Shown: one piece after another, positions 18,368-29,780 of the stretch
Layout of the letters: every line of letters begins with the position of its first letter
Numbering within the stretch: the first letter of the stretch is position 1
Assembly: GCF_000621645.1 (NCBI RefSeq)
Contig: NZ_JHXR01000001.1
Coordinates: 60,001-92,000 of the forward strand
Length of the DNA stretch: 32,000 nt
DNA from: Vibrio cholerae ATCC 14035
GTDB taxonomy: Bacteria > Pseudomonadota > Gammaproteobacteria > Enterobacterales > Vibrionaceae
Direction: 5' to 3'
Notes under the pieces: generated by a model
What the model was told of the DNA's origin: nothing
The model's input: the letters and a program-made list of their open reading frames with translations, nothing else
The model's database searches: none
Made by a program: the position numbers and the translations under genes

Positions 18368-18373
18368 AACAAT

Positions 18374-18408
18374 AAAAAAGAGCGAGAAAATCTCGCTCTT
18401 TTGCTTTT
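18374..18408. terminator. bidirectional rho-independent terminator (ybgI / gltA)
   Basis: AAAAAA-GAGCGAGA-aaa-TCTCGCTC-TTTTGCTTTT. Confidence 0.85.
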
Positions 18409-18418
18409 GAATCAATGA

Positions 18419-19708
18419 TTAACTGCGTTCATGCAAGGGTGTGAAATCGCGCAGTTTTTGACCTGTGTACAACTGACGTGGACGACCGATACGGTTGTCC
18501 GGATCGCTGTGCATTTCATTCCAGTGAGCAATCCAACCGATAGTACGAGACATCGCAAAGATCACCGTGAACATAGACACAGGAATACCAATGGCTTTGA
18601 GAATGATGCCTGAGTAGAAATCGACGTTAGGATAGAGTTTCTTCTCAATAAAGTACTCATCAGACAGCGCAATACGCTCAAGTTCCATCGCGACGTCGAG
18701 CAGTGGATCTTGAATGCTTAGCTCTTTCAGCACTTCATGACACGCTTCACGCATTACAGTGGCACGTGGATCGTAGTTTTTGTACACTCGGTGACCAAAG
18801 CCCATTAGACGGAATGGGTCATCTTTGTCTTTTGCACGTCTTACGTATTCAGGAATCTTATCAACAGAGCCGATCTCTTCAAGCATACGTAGACAAGCTT
18901 CGTTTGCGCCACCATGTGCAGGGCCCCAAAGAGAAGCGATACCTGCTGCGATACACGCAAATGGGTTAGCACCCGATGAACCTGCCAGACGTACAGTCGA
19001 TGTCGATGCGTTTTGTTCATGATCCGCATGTAGAGTGAAAATCTTGTCCATGGCACGAGCCACGATAGGATTCACTTCATACTCCTCACAAGGTGTGGCA
19101 AACATCATGTGCAGGAAGTTTTCTGCATAGCTCAAATCGTTACGTGGGTAGATAAACGGTTGACCAACTGAGTATTTGTAACACATCGCAGCCAAGGTCG
19201 GCATTTTGGAAAGCAGACGATAAGCCGCAATTTCTCGGTGGGTGTCGTTATTGATATCGAGTGAATCATGATAGAAAGCAGCTAACGCACCCACCACACC
19301 ACACATCACAGCCATCGGGTGAGCATCACGGCGGAAACCGTGGAAAAAGCTCGCGATCTGTTCATGAACCATAGTGTGACGAGTAACGATTTTCTTGAAC
19401 TCTTCATATTGCTTACGATTAGGGGCTTCACCGTAAAGAAGGATGTAACACACTTCCAAGTAATCAGCGTTATTGGCTAACTGATCGATAGGGTAGCCGC
19501 GGTGCAACAGAATGCCCTTAGCGCCATCGATATAAGTAATTTGAGATTCACAGGATGCAGTGGCAAGAAAACCCGGGTCAAAAGTAAAGTAACCGTTTGA
19601 GCCTAAAGTACGAACGTCAATCACTTGTGGACCAAGCGATCCATCCATAATTGGTAATTCGATTGGCGCTTTACCTTCGATGTGAAGGGTCGCTTTCTTA
19701 TCCGCCAT
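18419..19708 (-). CDS. gltA: citrate synthase (type II)
   Basis: Starts [12 protein letters not shown] and carries the signature [13 protein letters not shown]. The ATG at 19708 is preferred over the track GTG at 19714. It is divergent from sdhC. Confidence 0.97.
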   Translation of the reverse strand: MADKKATLHIEGKAPIELPIMDGSLGPQVIDVRTLGSNGYFTFDPGFLATASCESQITYIDGAKGILLHRGYPIDQLANNADYLEVCYILLYGEAPNRKQYEEFKKIVTRHTMVHEQIASFFHGFRRDAHPMAVMCGVVGALAAFYHDSLDINNDTHREIAAYRLLSKMPTLAAMCYKYSVGQPFIYPRNDLSYAENFLHMMFATPCEEYEVNPIVARAMDKIFTLHADHEQNASTSTVRLAGSSGANPFACIAAGIASLWGPAHGGANEACLRMLEEIGSVDKIPEYVRRAKDKDDPFRLMGFGHRVYKNYDPRATVMREACHEVLKELSIQDPLLDVAMELERIALSDEYFIEKKLYPNVDFYSGIILKAIGIPVSMFTVIFAMSRTIGWIAHWNEMHSDPDNRIGRPRQLYTGQKLRDFTPLHERS

Positions 19709-19910
19709 AACCATCTCCTTTGTTTATTATTTAATCCGTCCAGGATGTTTTGTGTGTGATTCTTGTACGTCCGATCTTAATCAAAGTCAATTATTCTCCT
19801 CTGATGTGTGCACTCACTTTGATTTTTTATACGTATAAAGTTAAAAATCTGTTCTGTGTAGCAAAAATTGTTACAGCAATTGTATTAGAATGTTGCAGTC
19901 CGTATAGTGA

Positions 19911-19926
19911 CACAGAAAATTCTGTG
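19911..19926. promoter_or_regulatory. 16-bp perfect palindrome in the gltA-sdhC control region (binding factor unknown)
   Basis: CACAGAA-AA-TTCTGTG. It contains TGTGA/TCACA-like half-sites, but the spacing does not fit a canonical CRP site. Confidence 0.3.
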
Positions 19927-20029
19927 AGAGACCTTATAAATTCAAGGCTAGAAAGAAATTTAACTTATAGATTTTAGACTTGGGTGTAACATTTAAACTA
20001 CAATTAAGTCGCCGATTTGGCGGTTGAAA

Positions 20030-20046
20030 TGTTGAATAAATGTTAA
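20030..20046. promoter_or_regulatory. ArcA-box-like direct repeat upstream of sdhC
   Basis: TGTTGAATAAATGTTAA has TGTTG and TGTTA starting exactly 11 bp apart, close to the TGTTA-N6-TGTTA ArcA repeat. A second cluster at 19869-19895 (TGTTA, TGTAT, TGTTG) has 10-12 bp spacing. Confidence 0.4.
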
Positions 20047-20103
20047 ATTATGCGCATTTTCGACCAGAATTCATCCATAACTATAAATGCTCAATGGAGC
20101 TGA

Positions 20104-20496
20104 GTGAGCAAGCCCGTGAAAGAAAGAAAGTCAAGACCTGTTAATTTAGATTTGCAGACCATTAGCTTTCCGATCTCAGCAATCGCATCCATCCTCCACC
20201 GTGTGTCGGGGGTGATTACGTTTGTTGCGGTTGGGATTTTGCTTTGGTTGTTATCCCTCTCTCTCTCCTCACCTGTCGGATTTATGGAAGCGAGCAACAT
20301 TGTTGACAGCTTTTTCGTGAAATTCGTGTTGTGGGGAATTCTAACTGCTCTGGCCTACCACATTGCTGGTGGGATTCGTCATTTATTGATGGATCTTGGT
20401 CACTTTGAAGAGCTGGAATCCGGTGCCGCGAGCGCCAAAGTAGCTTTTGCCGCTACGGTTGTATTGTCTCTACTGGCGGGGGTTCTGGTATGGTAA
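20104..20496 (+). CDS. sdhC: succinate dehydrogenase cytochrome b556 subunit
   Basis: RPVNLDLQTISFPISAIASILHRVSGVITFVAVGILLWLL is near-identical to E. coli SdhC. The GTG start follows GGAG. An alternative GTG lies at 20116. Confidence 0.93.
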   Translation: MSKPVKERKSRPVNLDLQTISFPISAIASILHRVSGVITFVAVGILLWLLSLSLSSPVGFMEASNIVDSFFVKFVLWGILTALAYHIAGGIRHLLMDLGHFEELESGAASAKVAFAATVVLSLLAGVLVW

Positions 20497-20834
20497 AGCA
20501 TGTCTCTTCCTTTGGTCGTAATGGTGTTCACGATTACTTATTGATCCGCGCTTCAGCGATCATCTTAGTTTTGTACACTATTTATATCGTGAGTTTTTGC
20601 GCGTTCACGGACATCTCTTATGTCGCGTGGACTCAATTCTTTGGTAGCACGTTCACCAAAGTCTTCACAATGTTGGCATTAGTTTCAGTATTGATTCATG
20701 GCTGGATTGGCCTATGGCAAGTACTGACGGATTACATTAAGTGCTCCAAATTGCGTGCAGGACTGCAACTTGTGGTCATCGCCGTTCTACTTGGATACTT
20801 CTTCTCTGGCCTATTTGTATTGTGGGGTGCCTAA
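20490..20834 (+). CDS. sdhD: succinate dehydrogenase hydrophobic membrane anchor subunit
   Basis: GRNGVHDYLLIRASAI and IHGWIGLWQVLTDYIK match SdhD. The start overlaps the sdhC stop (ATGGTAA). Confidence 0.93.
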   Translation: MVKHVSSFGRNGVHDYLLIRASAIILVLYTIYIVSFCAFTDISYVAWTQFFGSTFTKVFTMLALVSVLIHGWIGLWQVLTDYIKCSKLRAGLQLVVIAVLLGYFFSGLFVLWGA

Positions 20835-22601
20835 GTGACTATTCCAGTTCGTTCTTTTGACGCCGTAGTAATCGGCGCAGGTGGTGCAGGTATGCGTGCT
20901 GCACTACAAATTTCTGAGCAAGGCCTAACTTGCGCACTGCTTTCAAAAGTGTTTCCAACTCGTTCTCATACGGTATCCGCTCAAGGCGGCATTACCGTGG
21001 CTTTGGGTAACTCACATAAAGATGATTGGCAGTGGCATATGTATGACACGGTAAAAGGTTCCGACTATATCGGCGACCAAAATGCCATCGAATACATGTG
21101 TAAAAACGGCCCGGAATCCGTGATTGAACTTGAGCGCATGGGGCTACCTTTTTCTCGTTTTGAGAACGGCACGATTTATCAGCGTCCTTTTGGCGGTCAG
21201 TCAAAAGAGTTCGGTGGTGAACAAGCTGCTCGTACGGCAGCAGCAGCAGACCGTACTGGTCATGCTCTACTGCACACGCTTTACCAACAAAACGTTAAAC
21301 ATAAAACCACCATTTTCTCGGAATGGTATGCACTGGATCTGGTGAAAAACCAAGATGGTGCTGTGCTCGGTTGTACTGCAATCTGCATGGAAACAGGCGA
21401 AATTTGCTACTTCAAAGCCAAAGCAACAGTGCTTGCGACAGGCGGTGCAGGTCGTATTTACGCTTCAACCACCAATGCACACATTAACACGGGCGATGGT
21501 GTCGGTATGGCTTTGCGTGCTGGCGTACCAATGCAAGATATGGAAATGTGGCAATTCCACCCAACGGGTATCGCGGGTGCTGGCGTTCTGGTTACAGAAG
21601 GCTGTCGTGGCGAAGGTGGCTATCTGCTGAATAAAGATGGTGAGCGTTTCATGGAACGTTACGCGCCTAACGCTAAAGATCTAGCAGGTCGCGACGTGGT
21701 TGCACGTTCAATGATGATCGAAATCCGTGAAGGTCGTGGTTGTGATGGCCCATGGGGTCCACACATCAAACTGAAACTGGATCATTTAGGTCGTGATGTA
21801 TTGGAATCTCGCCTACCGGGTATCTGTGAACTATCACGTACCTTTGCTCACGTGGACCCAGTGAAAGAACCTATTCCTGTTATCCCAACCTGTCACTACA
21901 TGATGGGTGGCGTACCAACACAAGTGTCTGGTCAAGCGATCAAACAAGACAGCCATGGTAAAGATGTTGAAGTCCAAGGCTTGTTTGCTTGTGGTGAAAT
22001 CGCTTCTGTATCGGTACATGGTGCCAACCGTTTAGGCGGCAACTCACTGCTTGATCTGGTGGTATTTGGCCGCGCAACGGGTCTACATCTTGGTGAAACT
22101 CTGCGTGCTCAAGCTGAGGCTCGCCCTGCGACTGCATCGGATATCGAAGCTTCTCTGGCTCGTACTATGCGTTGGGAAAACAGCAAAGGTGGCGAAGATC
22201 CTGTCGTGATTCGTAAAGATCTGCAGCGCTGCATGCAAAACAACTTCTCGGTATTCCGTGAAGGTAAGGCGATGGCTGAGGGGCTGGAAGAGCTCAAAGT
22301 CATCCGCGAACGTTTGAAAAATGCCCATCTGGCGGACAAATCAACCGAATTTAACACTCAACGTATTGAGTGTTTAGAGTTGGACAACCTGATGGAAACG
22401 GCATTTTCGACTGCAGTAGCGGCAAACTACCGTACTGAAAGCCGTGGTGCACATGCGCGTTTTGACTATCCAGAGCGTGATGATGAGAACTGGTTGTGCC
22501 ACTCAATCTACAATCCGGAAACGGAACAGATGAGTAAGCGTGAGGTCAATATGACACCGGTTTACCGTGACCCGTTCCCGCCTAAAGTGCGTACATATTA
22601 A
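20835..22601 (+). CDS. sdhA: succinate dehydrogenase flavoprotein subunit
   Basis: [17 protein letters not shown] is the FAD fold, and [10 protein letters not shown] is the covalent-FAD His context. The GTG start immediately follows the sdhD stop. Confidence 0.97.
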   Translation: MTIPVRSFDAVVIGAGGAGMRAALQISEQGLTCALLSKVFPTRSHTVSAQGGITVALGNSHKDDWQWHMYDTVKGSDYIGDQNAIEYMCKNGPESVIELERMGLPFSRFENGTIYQRPFGGQSKEFGGEQAARTAAAADRTGHALLHTLYQQNVKHKTTIFSEWYALDLVKNQDGAVLGCTAICMETGEICYFKAKATVLATGGAGRIYASTTNAHINTGDGVGMALRAGVPMQDMEMWQFHPTGIAGAGVLVTEGCRGEGGYLLNKDGERFMERYAPNAKDLAGRDVVARSMMIEIREGRGCDGPWGPHIKLKLDHLGRDVLESRLPGICELSRTFAHVDPVKEPIPVIPTCHYMMGGVPTQVSGQAIKQDSHGKDVEVQGLFACGEIASVSVHGANRLGGNSLLDLVVFGRATGLHLGETLRAQAEARPATASDIEASLARTMRWENSKGGEDPVVIRKDLQRCMQNNFSVFREGKAMAEGLEELKVIRERLKNAHLADKSTEFNTQRIECLELDNLMETAFSTAVAANYRTESRGAHARFDYPERDDENWLCHSIYNPETEQMSKREVNMTPVYRDPFPPKVRTY

Positions 22602-22615
22602 GGGAGGTACTCAAT

Positions 22616-23326
22616 ATGAAACTCAACTTCTCCTTATATCGCTATAATCCGGATGTCGATAACAAACCCTACATGAAAGACTACATTCTTGAGGTAGAGG
22701 AAGGGTCTGACATGATGGTGTTGGATGCTTTGATTCTGCTTAAAGAGCAAGATCCAAGTATTGCTTTCCGCCGCTCATGCCGTGAAGGGGTTTGTGGCTC
22801 GGACGGTCTGAATATGAATGGTAAGAATGGCTTAGCATGTATCACACCTTTGTCTGCGTTAAAAGGTGACAAAATTGTGATTCGTCCGCTGCCAGGATTA
22901 CCTGTGGTTCGTGACTTGATTGTCGACATGACTCAGTTTTACGATAACTATGCGAAAGTTAAGCCTTTCTTGATTGCAGATGATGCATTACCCCCTTCAA
23001 GAGAGAACTTGCAATCCCCAGAAGAACGGGCGCATTTGGATGGTCTGTACGAGTGTATTATGTGCGCTTGCTGTACCACTTCCTGCCCTTCATTCTGGTG
23101 GAATCCGGATAAATTTATCGGACCTGCAGGTTTGTTGGCTGCTTATCGTTGGTTGATTGATAGCCGTGATACCGCGACAGATGAACGCTTATCGAATCTT
23201 GATGATGCGTTTAGCGTTTTTCGTTGCCACGGCATCATGAACTGTGTCAGTGTTTGTCCGAAAGGATTAAACCCAACGAAAGCCATTGGACATATTAAGT
23301 CCATGTTGATCAATCGTTCAGTTTAA
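22616..23326 (+). CDS. sdhB: succinate dehydrogenase iron-sulfur subunit
   Basis: Three Cys clusters are present: CREGVCGSDG, CIMCACCTTSCP and CHGIMNCVSVCP. Confidence 0.97.
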   Translation: MKLNFSLYRYNPDVDNKPYMKDYILEVEEGSDMMVLDALILLKEQDPSIAFRRSCREGVCGSDGLNMNGKNGLACITPLSALKGDKIVIRPLPGLPVVRDLIVDMTQFYDNYAKVKPFLIADDALPPSRENLQSPEERAHLDGLYECIMCACCTTSCPSFWWNPDKFIGPAGLLAAYRWLIDSRDTATDERLSNLDDAFSVFRCHGIMNCVSVCPKGLNPTKAIGHIKSMLINRSV

Positions 23327-23336
23327 ATTGAAAATT

Positions 23337-23361
23337 GCAGGCCTTCGGGCCTGCCTTTTAT
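23337..23361 (+). terminator. hairpin with short T-tract between sdhB and sucA (partial terminator candidate)
   Basis: GCAGGCC-ttcg-GGCCTGC-CTTTTAT. An analogous leaky terminator exists in the E. coli sdh-suc spacer. Confidence 0.5.
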
Positions 23362-23414
23362 AGCTCGGCGATAAGACCGCAGCAAACGTGAAAACTACTG
23401 GTTAAGGGAAAAAA

Positions 23415-26225
23415 ATGCACAACGGCGTGATGAAGGCATGGCTCGAGTCTTCACACTTGGCTGGCGCCAATGCAACTTACGTAGAAGATCTCTACGAACT
23501 GTATCTAAGTGATCCCGATCTGGTAAGTGAGGAGTGGAAACGTGTTTTTGATGGGTTGCCTGCGCACCCAACGAATGTGGTTGAACAACCGCACTCACGC
23601 GTCCGTGACTACTTCCGACGACTCGCTCAAGAGACTAAGCATTACAATGTCCAAGTTAGTGATCCTGAAGTCGATGCAAAACAAGTAAAAGTACTGCAGC
23701 TAATTAACGCATACCGTTTCCGCGGTCATGAAGCTGCCAAGCTTGACCCTCTCGGTTTATGGAACCGCCCTGAAGTGGCGGAACTGAATCCCTCATTCCA
23801 TAATTTGACCCAAGAAGATATGGAAGAGACCTTCAACGTGGGCTCCTTTGCGATTGGCAAAGACACGATGAAGCTGAAAGATATCTATCAATCCCTACAA
23901 AAAATCTACTGTGGCTCTGTCGGTGCAGAATACATGCACATCACCGACACTGAGCAGAAGCGTTGGATTCAACAGCGTCTCGAACCAGTTGTGGGTACCC
24001 CTGTATTCAGTAAAGAAGAAAAGCGTACTTTCCTTGAAGAGCTGACTGCAGCTGAAGGTTTAGAGCGCTATCTTGGTGCGAAATTCCCTGGTGCTAAACG
24101 TTTCTCTCTCGAAGGGGGGGATGCCTTAGTTCCGATGACCAAAGAGATGATCCGTCACGCGGGTGCCAGTGGCATGCGTGAAGTGGTGATTGGGATGGCG
24201 CACCGCGGTCGCTTGAACATGCTGGTCAACGTTCTGGGTAAAAAACCGCAAGATCTGTTTGATGAGTTTGCCGGTAAACATGGCGAAGGCTGGGGCACAG
24301 GTGATGTGAAATATCACCAAGGTTTCTCCGCTGACTTTGCGACACCGGGCGGTGATGTTCACTTAGCACTGGCTTTCAACCCATCGCATCTTGAGATTGT
24401 GAACCCTGTTGTGATGGGTTCAGTGCGCGCGCGTCAAGACCGCCTAGGTGATGAAGATGGCAGTAAAGTGCTACCTATCACTATCCATGGTGACTCTGCG
24501 ATTGCAGGACAAGGTGTGGTGGCTGAAACCTTCAACATGTCTCAAGCGCGTGGTTTCTGCGTCGGTGGTACAGTACGTATCGTGGTCAATAACCAAGTGG
24601 GCTTCACGACATCAAACCCACGCGATACTCGCTCAACCATGTACTGTACCGATATTGCCAAGATGGTACAGGCACCGATTTTCCACGTGAATTCAGACGA
24701 TCCTGAAGCTGTAGCCTTTGTCACTCGTCTAGCGCTTGATTACCGTAATGAATTCAAACGCGATGTGGTGATTGATCTGGTGTGTTATCGCCGTCATGGT
24801 CATAACGAAGCGGATGAGCCAAACGCAACTCAGCCATTGATGTACCAAAAAATCAAGAAGCATCCAACACCTCGCAAGCTGTATGCAGATGTGTTAACTG
24901 AGCGTGGTGAGTGCGATCTCGAAACCGCGACTCAACTGGTGAATGAATATCGCGATGCCCTAGATCACGGTGAAGTGGTGGTCAAAGAATGGCGTCCAAT
25001 GGCGATGCACTCTGTGGACTGGTCACCGTATTTAGGTCACGACTGGCATATCCCTTGGAATAGCGAATATGCGATGGAGCGATTGCAAGATCTTGGTCGT
25101 CGTGTTTGCCAATATCCGGAAAGCCATGTGTTGCATAGCCGTGTAGAAAAAATCTATCAAGATCGTCTCTCTATGATCTCTGGCGAGAAGATGCTGGATT
25201 GGGGTATGGCTGAAACGCTTGCGTATGCCACATTGCTTGATGACGGTAAGCGCATCCGTATCTCGGGTCAGGACTCTGGTCGTGGAACCTTCTTCCACCG
25301 TCACGCCGTTCTGCATAACCAAAACGATGCGAGTACTTATATTCCACTCTCACAGATCCATGCTGGCCAAGGCCCGTTTGAAGTCTTTGACTCAGTATTG
25401 TCAGAAGAGGCGGTATTGGCATTCGAATACGGCTATGCGACAGCGGAGCCTAGCGGTTTGACGTTGTGGGAAGCACAGTTTGGTGATTTTGCTAACGGTG
25501 CGCAGGTGGTTATTGACCAGTTTATCTCCTCTGGTGAACAGAAGTGGGGTCGTCTATGTGGCCTGACTATGTTGCTGCCACACGGTTATGAAGGCCAAGG
25601 CCCTGAGCACTCCTCTGCACGTTTAGAGCGTTACTTGCAGCTGTGTGCTGAGCAAAACATGCAGGTGGTTGTTCCGTCTACCCCTGCTCAGGTTTACCAC
25701 ATGATTCGTCGTCAAGTGGTTCGCCCAATGCGCCGCCCTCTGGTGGTGATGTCTCCTAAATCGCTGCTGCGTCATCCACTGTGTGTCTCCAGTATGGAAG
25801 ATCTTGCCCACGGTACTTTCCAGCCGGCGATTGGTGAAATTGATGCGCTGAATCCGTCGCAAGTAAAACGCGTTGTGTTCTGTTCTGGTAAGGTTTATTA
25901 CGATCTCCTTGAACAGCGCCGAGCCAATGAACAGCAAGACGTGGCGATTGTTCGTATCGAACAGTTGTACCCATTCCCTCTGGAAGAAGTACAAGCGGCC
26001 ATTGCAAATTACACCAATGTGGTGGATTACGTCTGGTGTCAGGAAGAACCGCAAAACCAAGGTGCTTGGTACAGTAGCCAACATAACTTCCGCGCTGCGA
26101 TTCCAGCGGGTGCTGATCTGAAATACGCAGGTCGTCCCGCTTCGGCATCTCCTGCGGTCGGCTATATGTCGGTGCACATGAAACAACAAAAAGCGTTGAT
26201 TGAAGACGCTCTGACCCTAGCGTAA
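23415..26225 (+). CDS. sucA: 2-oxoglutarate dehydrogenase E1 component
   Basis: 936 aa, collinear with E. coli SucA (for example INAYRFRGH and the ThDP-binding region [11 protein letters not shown]). Confidence 0.97.
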   Translation: MHNGVMKAWLESSHLAGANATYVEDLYELYLSDPDLVSEEWKRVFDGLPAHPTNVVEQPHSRVRDYFRRLAQETKHYNVQVSDPEVDAKQVKVLQLINAYRFRGHEAAKLDPLGLWNRPEVAELNPSFHNLTQEDMEETFNVGSFAIGKDTMKLKDIYQSLQKIYCGSVGAEYMHITDTEQKRWIQQRLEPVVGTPVFSKEEKRTFLEELTAAEGLERYLGAKFPGAKRFSLEGGDALVPMTKEMIRHAGASGMREVVIGMAHRGRLNMLVNVLGKKPQDLFDEFAGKHGEGWGTGDVKYHQGFSADFATPGGDVHLALAFNPSHLEIVNPVVMGSVRARQDRLGDEDGSKVLPITIHGDSAIAGQGVVAETFNMSQARGFCVGGTVRIVVNNQVGFTTSNPRDTRSTMYCTDIAKMVQAPIFHVNSDDPEAVAFVTRLALDYRNEFKRDVVIDLVCYRRHGHNEADEPNATQPLMYQKIKKHPTPRKLYADVLTERGECDLETATQLVNEYRDALDHGEVVVKEWRPMAMHSVDWSPYLGHDWHIPWNSEYAMERLQDLGRRVCQYPESHVLHSRVEKIYQDRLSMISGEKMLDWGMAETLAYATLLDDGKRIRISGQDSGRGTFFHRHAVLHNQNDASTYIPLSQIHAGQGPFEVFDSVLSEEAVLAFEYGYATAEPSGLTLWEAQFGDFANGAQVVIDQFISSGEQKWGRLCGLTMLLPHGYEGQGPEHSSARLERYLQLCAEQNMQVVVPSTPAQVYHMIRRQVVRPMRRPLVVMSPKSLLRHPLCVSSMEDLAHGTFQPAIGEIDALNPSQVKRVVFCSGKVYYDLLEQRRANEQQDVAIVRIEQLYPFPLEEVQAAIANYTNVVDYVWCQEEPQNQGAWYSSQHNFRAAIPAGADLKYAGRPASASPAVGYMSVHMKQQKALIEDALTLA

Positions 26226-26253
26226 GAACGAGAAGTATAAGGAAGATACCATT

Positions 26254-27468
26254 ATGACCATTGAAATTCTGGTTCCAGATTTGCCTGAATCAGTTGCGGA
26301 TGCCACGGTTGCGACGTGGCATAAAAAGCCGGGTGACATGGTTGCTCGCGATGAAGTGATCGTTGAAATTGAAACTGACAAAGTGGTGCTGGAAGTTCCA
26401 GCACCCGATGCCGGTGTTCTGGAAGCTATTTTGGAACAAGAAGGTGCGACAGTGCTTTCTAAACAACTGCTGGCACGTTTGAAGCCAGGCGCTGTAGCGG
26501 GTGAACCAACCCAAGATACTCCAGATGCTACTGAGCCATCACCAGATAAACGCCATAAAGCATCACTAACTGAAGAAAGCAATGATGCGCTAAGCCCTGC
26601 GGTTCGTCGCCTGCTTGCTGAACATAACTTGGAAGCAAACCAAGTTAAAGGTTCTGGTGTGGGTGGTCGTATTACCCGCGAAGACATCGAAGCTCACTTA
26701 GCCGCGAACAAAGCCAAACCAGCTGCGAAAGCTGAAGCCCCTATCGCAGCGCTGGCTCCTGTCGTCGGCCGCAGTGAAAAGCGCGTGCCAATGACACGTC
26801 TGCGTAAGCGTATCGCTGAGCGTCTGTTGGAAGCGAAAAATAACACGGCTATGCTGACGACGTTTAATGAAGTGAACATGAAACCTATCATGGACATGCG
26901 TAAGCAATACCAAGATGTGTTCGAAAAACGTCATGGCATTCGTCTGGGCTTTATGTCGTTCTACGTGAAAGCTGTCACTGAAGCGCTGAAGCGTTACCCA
27001 GAAGTGAACGCGTCTATCGATGGTGATGATCTGGTTTACCACAACTACTTTGATGTGAGCATTGCCGTATCAACCCCACGTGGTCTGGTTACTCCAGTAC
27101 TGAAAAACTGCGATACCTTGAGTTTGGCGCAAATTGAAAAAGGCATCAAAGAGCTAGCAGAAAAAGGTCGTGACGGTAAATTGACCGTAGACGAACTGAC
27201 TGGCGGTAACTTTACCATCACCAACGGTGGTGTGTTTGGTTCACTGATGTCAACGCCTATCATTAACCCGCCACAAGCGGCGATTCTGGGTATGCATAAG
27301 ATCCAAGACCGCGCCATGGTGGTGGATGGCAAGATTGAAATCCTGCCAATGATGTATCTAGCGCTGTCTTATGACCACCGTTCAATCGATGGTCGTGAGT
27401 CGGTTGGTTTCCTAGTGACCGTTAAAGAGTTGCTAGAAGATCCAGCCCGTCTGCTGCTCGATGTTTAA
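26254..27468 (+). CDS. sucB: dihydrolipoyllysine-residue succinyltransferase (E2o)
   Basis: Contains the lipoyl domain [13 protein letters not shown], a peripheral subunit-binding domain ([11 protein letters not shown]) and the catalytic [11 protein letters not shown]. Confidence 0.97.
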   Translation: MTIEILVPDLPESVADATVATWHKKPGDMVARDEVIVEIETDKVVLEVPAPDAGVLEAILEQEGATVLSKQLLARLKPGAVAGEPTQDTPDATEPSPDKRHKASLTEESNDALSPAVRRLLAEHNLEANQVKGSGVGGRITREDIEAHLAANKAKPAAKAEAPIAALAPVVGRSEKRVPMTRLRKRIAERLLEAKNNTAMLTTFNEVNMKPIMDMRKQYQDVFEKRHGIRLGFMSFYVKAVTEALKRYPEVNASIDGDDLVYHNYFDVSIAVSTPRGLVTPVLKNCDTLSLAQIEKGIKELAEKGRDGKLTVDELTGGNFTITNGGVFGSLMSTPIINPPQAAILGMHKIQDRAMVVDGKIEILPMMYLALSYDHRSIDGRESVGFLVTVKELLEDPARLLLDV

Positions 27469-27506
27469 ACTGTCTTTTGCTCAGATTTCTGAGTAATGGA
27501 GAAAAG

Positions 27507-27531
27507 GGTCGGACATGCTCAACGTCCGACC
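27507..27531 (+). other. 8-bp perfect GC-rich hairpin in the sucB-sucC spacer, no U-tract
   Basis: GGTCGGAC-atgctcaac-GTCCGACC, followed by the 12-bp palindrome CTTTGGCCAAAG (27535-27546). Confidence 0.4.
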
Positions 27532-27635
27532 TGGCTTTGGCCAAAGATTGGCTACTCGCTCAAGAGTGACCCTACAAACGTAAAGTTCAGCTCAATGGAC
27601 TCTATGGAAGAACAATAAACAAATGGAACAACACA

Positions 27636-28802
27636 ATGAATTTGCATGAATATCAAGCTAAACAGCTGTTTGCAGAATTCGGTTTGCCTGTACCGGAAGG
27701 TTATGCTTGTGATACGCCACAAGAAGCGTTTGAAGCTGCAGGACGCATCAGCACAGCCAAGAAAGTCGTAAAATGCCAAGTTCACGCAGGTGGACGTGGT
27801 AAAGCAGGTGGCGTTGAACTGCATGACACTAAAGAAGGCGTAAAAGCGTTTGCACAAAAATGGCTAGGTAAGAACCTAGTAACTTATCAAACGGATGCAA
27901 ATGGCCAACCGGTTTCAAAAATTTTGGTTGAAGAAGCATCAAATATCGCTAATGAGCTTTATCTTGGTGCGGTAGTTGACCGTTCTACACGTCGTATCGT
28001 TTTCATGGCATCGACTGAAGGTGGCGTGGAAATTGAGAAAGTGGCAGAAGAAACTCCAGAACTGATCCACAAAGCGGCGATTGATCCACTGGTTGGCCCA
28101 CAAGCCTACCAAGGTCGTGAATTGGCGTTCAAGCTAGGCCTGCAAGGTGATCAAATCAAACAGTTCGTGAAAATCTTCATGGGCTTGGGTGAAATGTTTG
28201 CTCAATATGATCTCGCACTGCTGGAAATCAACCCGCTGGTGATTACTGCGGAAGGTAACTTGCTGTGCCTTGATGGCAAAATCAACATCGACTCCAATGC
28301 TATGTACCGTCAACCCAAACTGCGTCAAATGCACGATGCTTCTCAAGAAGATGCGCGCGAAGCACACGCAGCGAAATGGGAGCTTAACTACGTTGCGCTG
28401 GATGGTAACGTAGGCTGTATGGTTAACGGTGCTGGCCTTGCGATGGGTACGATGGACATTGTTAACTTGCACGGCGGAAAACCCGCAAACTTCCTTGATG
28501 TTGGTGGCGGCGCGACCAAAGAGCGTGTTGCAGAAGCCTTCAAAATCATCTTGTCTGATACCAATGTAAAAGCCGTACTGGTGAACATCTTTGGTGGCAT
28601 TGTGCGCTGCGACATGATTGCAGAAGGCATTATCGGTGCAGTGAAGGAAGTTGGTGTAAGCGTTCCAGTGGTTGTGCGTCTTGAAGGTACAAACGCAGAA
28701 CTTGGACGTAAAGTACTGGCAGAATCAGGTCTAGATATTATTGCAGCTGTATCTTTGACAGACGCAGCGCAAAAAGTAGTTGCCGCGGCGGAGGGCAAAT
28801 AA
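27636..28802 (+). CDS. sucC: succinate-CoA ligase (ADP-forming) beta subunit
   Basis: [20 protein letters not shown] begins the ATP-grasp N-terminus. The protein is 388 aa. Confidence 0.97.
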
Positions 28803-29674
28803 TGTCGATTCTTATCAATAAAGACACTAAAGTCATTTGTCAGGGTTTCACCGGTGGTCAAGGTACTTTCCACTCTGAACAGGCGATTACTTATGGCACA
28901 CAAATGGTTGGTGGTGTATCGCCAGGTAAAGGCGGTACCACGCATCTAGGTCTACCGGTATTTAATACCGTTCGTGAAGCCGTTGAAGTGACTGGCGCAA
29001 CCGCAACTGTTATCTACGTACCAGCACCATTTTGTAAAGATGCGATTCTGGAAGCGATCGATGCTGGCATCAAGCTTATTGTGACCATCACTGAAGGCAT
29101 TCCTACCACTGACATGATTGATGTCAAAGTGAAACTGGAACAGACTGGCGTTCGTATGATTGGCCCTAACTGCCCAGGTGTGATTACACCGGATGAGTGT
29201 AAGATTGGCATCATGCCAGGACACATTCACAAGAAAGGTAAAGTGGGTATCGTTTCTCGCTCTGGTACTTTGACTTATGAAGCGGTTAAACAAACCACAG
29301 ACGAAGGTTTCGGCCAGTCTACCTGTGTGGGCATCGGTGGCGACCCAATTCCGGGGTCAAACTTCATCGACATCCTGAAGATGTTCCAAGAAGATCCAGC
29401 GACTGAAGCGATTGTGATGATCGGTGAAATCGGCGGTACCGCGGAAGAAGAAGCAGCTGCTTTCATCAAAGCCAACGTCACAAAACCTGTCGTTTCTTAT
29501 ATCGCAGGTGTAACGGCTCCTCCGGGCAAACGCATGGGTCATGCTGGTGCGATCATCTCTGGTGGTAAAGGTACCGCTGAAGAGAAATTTGCAGCACTTG
29601 AGTCTGCGGGCGTGAAGACAGTAAAAAGTCTTGCCGATATTGGCAAAGCGCTGCGTGAAGTGACTGGCTGGTAA
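28802..29674 (+). CDS. sucD: succinate-CoA ligase alpha subunit
   Basis: [11 protein letters not shown] is the CoA-binding motif, and [14 protein letters not shown] is the phosphohistidine loop. The ATG overlaps the sucC TAA (TAATG). Confidence 0.97.
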   Translation: MSILINKDTKVICQGFTGGQGTFHSEQAITYGTQMVGGVSPGKGGTTHLGLPVFNTVREAVEVTGATATVIYVPAPFCKDAILEAIDAGIKLIVTITEGIPTTDMIDVKVKLEQTGVRMIGPNCPGVITPDECKIGIMPGHIHKKGKVGIVSRSGTLTYEAVKQTTDEGFGQSTCVGIGGDPIPGSNFIDILKMFQEDPATEAIVMIGEIGGTAEEEAAAFIKANVTKPVVSYIAGVTAPPGKRMGHAGAIISGGKGTAEEKFAALESAGVKTVKSLADIGKALREVTGW

Positions 29675-29702
29675 TCTACCGCGATTACTTACTCAGATAA
29701 TA

Positions 29703-29737
29703 AGAAACCCCGAACACAGCTTCGGGGTTTCTTTTTA
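29703..29737 (+). terminator. rho-independent terminator of the sdh-suc operon
   Basis: AGAAACCCCGAA-cacagc-TTCGGGGTTTCT forms a 12-bp stem, followed by TTTTT. Confidence 0.85.
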
Positions 29738-29780
29738 CTAAATGCCATTTCTTTTTACTAAAAGCTAATCTGATACAGCG

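Noticed and set aside
19750-19977. 75-aa ORF in the gltA-sdhC intergenic region
   Set aside because: The region is an AT-rich divergent promoter, the start is a TTG (19750-19752) with no ribosome-binding site, and the hydrophobic-looking product is typical of AT-rich random ORFs.
25623-26189. Long antisense ORFs inside sucA (188 aa and 130 aa), sucB (26217-26687, 156 aa) and sucC/sucD (28388-28945, 185 aa)
   Set aside because: These are shadow ORFs opposite highly conserved genes. They have biased, low-complexity, Arg/Ser/Thr/His-rich translations and no start-site signals.
27552-27857. 101-aa minus-strand ORF spanning the sucB-sucC spacer and the sucC 5' end
   Set aside because: It overlaps the sucC start in antisense, is Phe/Cys-rich and has no supporting signals.
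29728-29762. Direct repeat TTTCTTTTTACTAAA x2 as a possible CRISPR-like or att-site feature
   Set aside because: There are only two short copies 5 bp apart and no cas or integrase genes. It is most simply a local duplication of the terminator tail, and is noted under the sucD 3' UTR finding.
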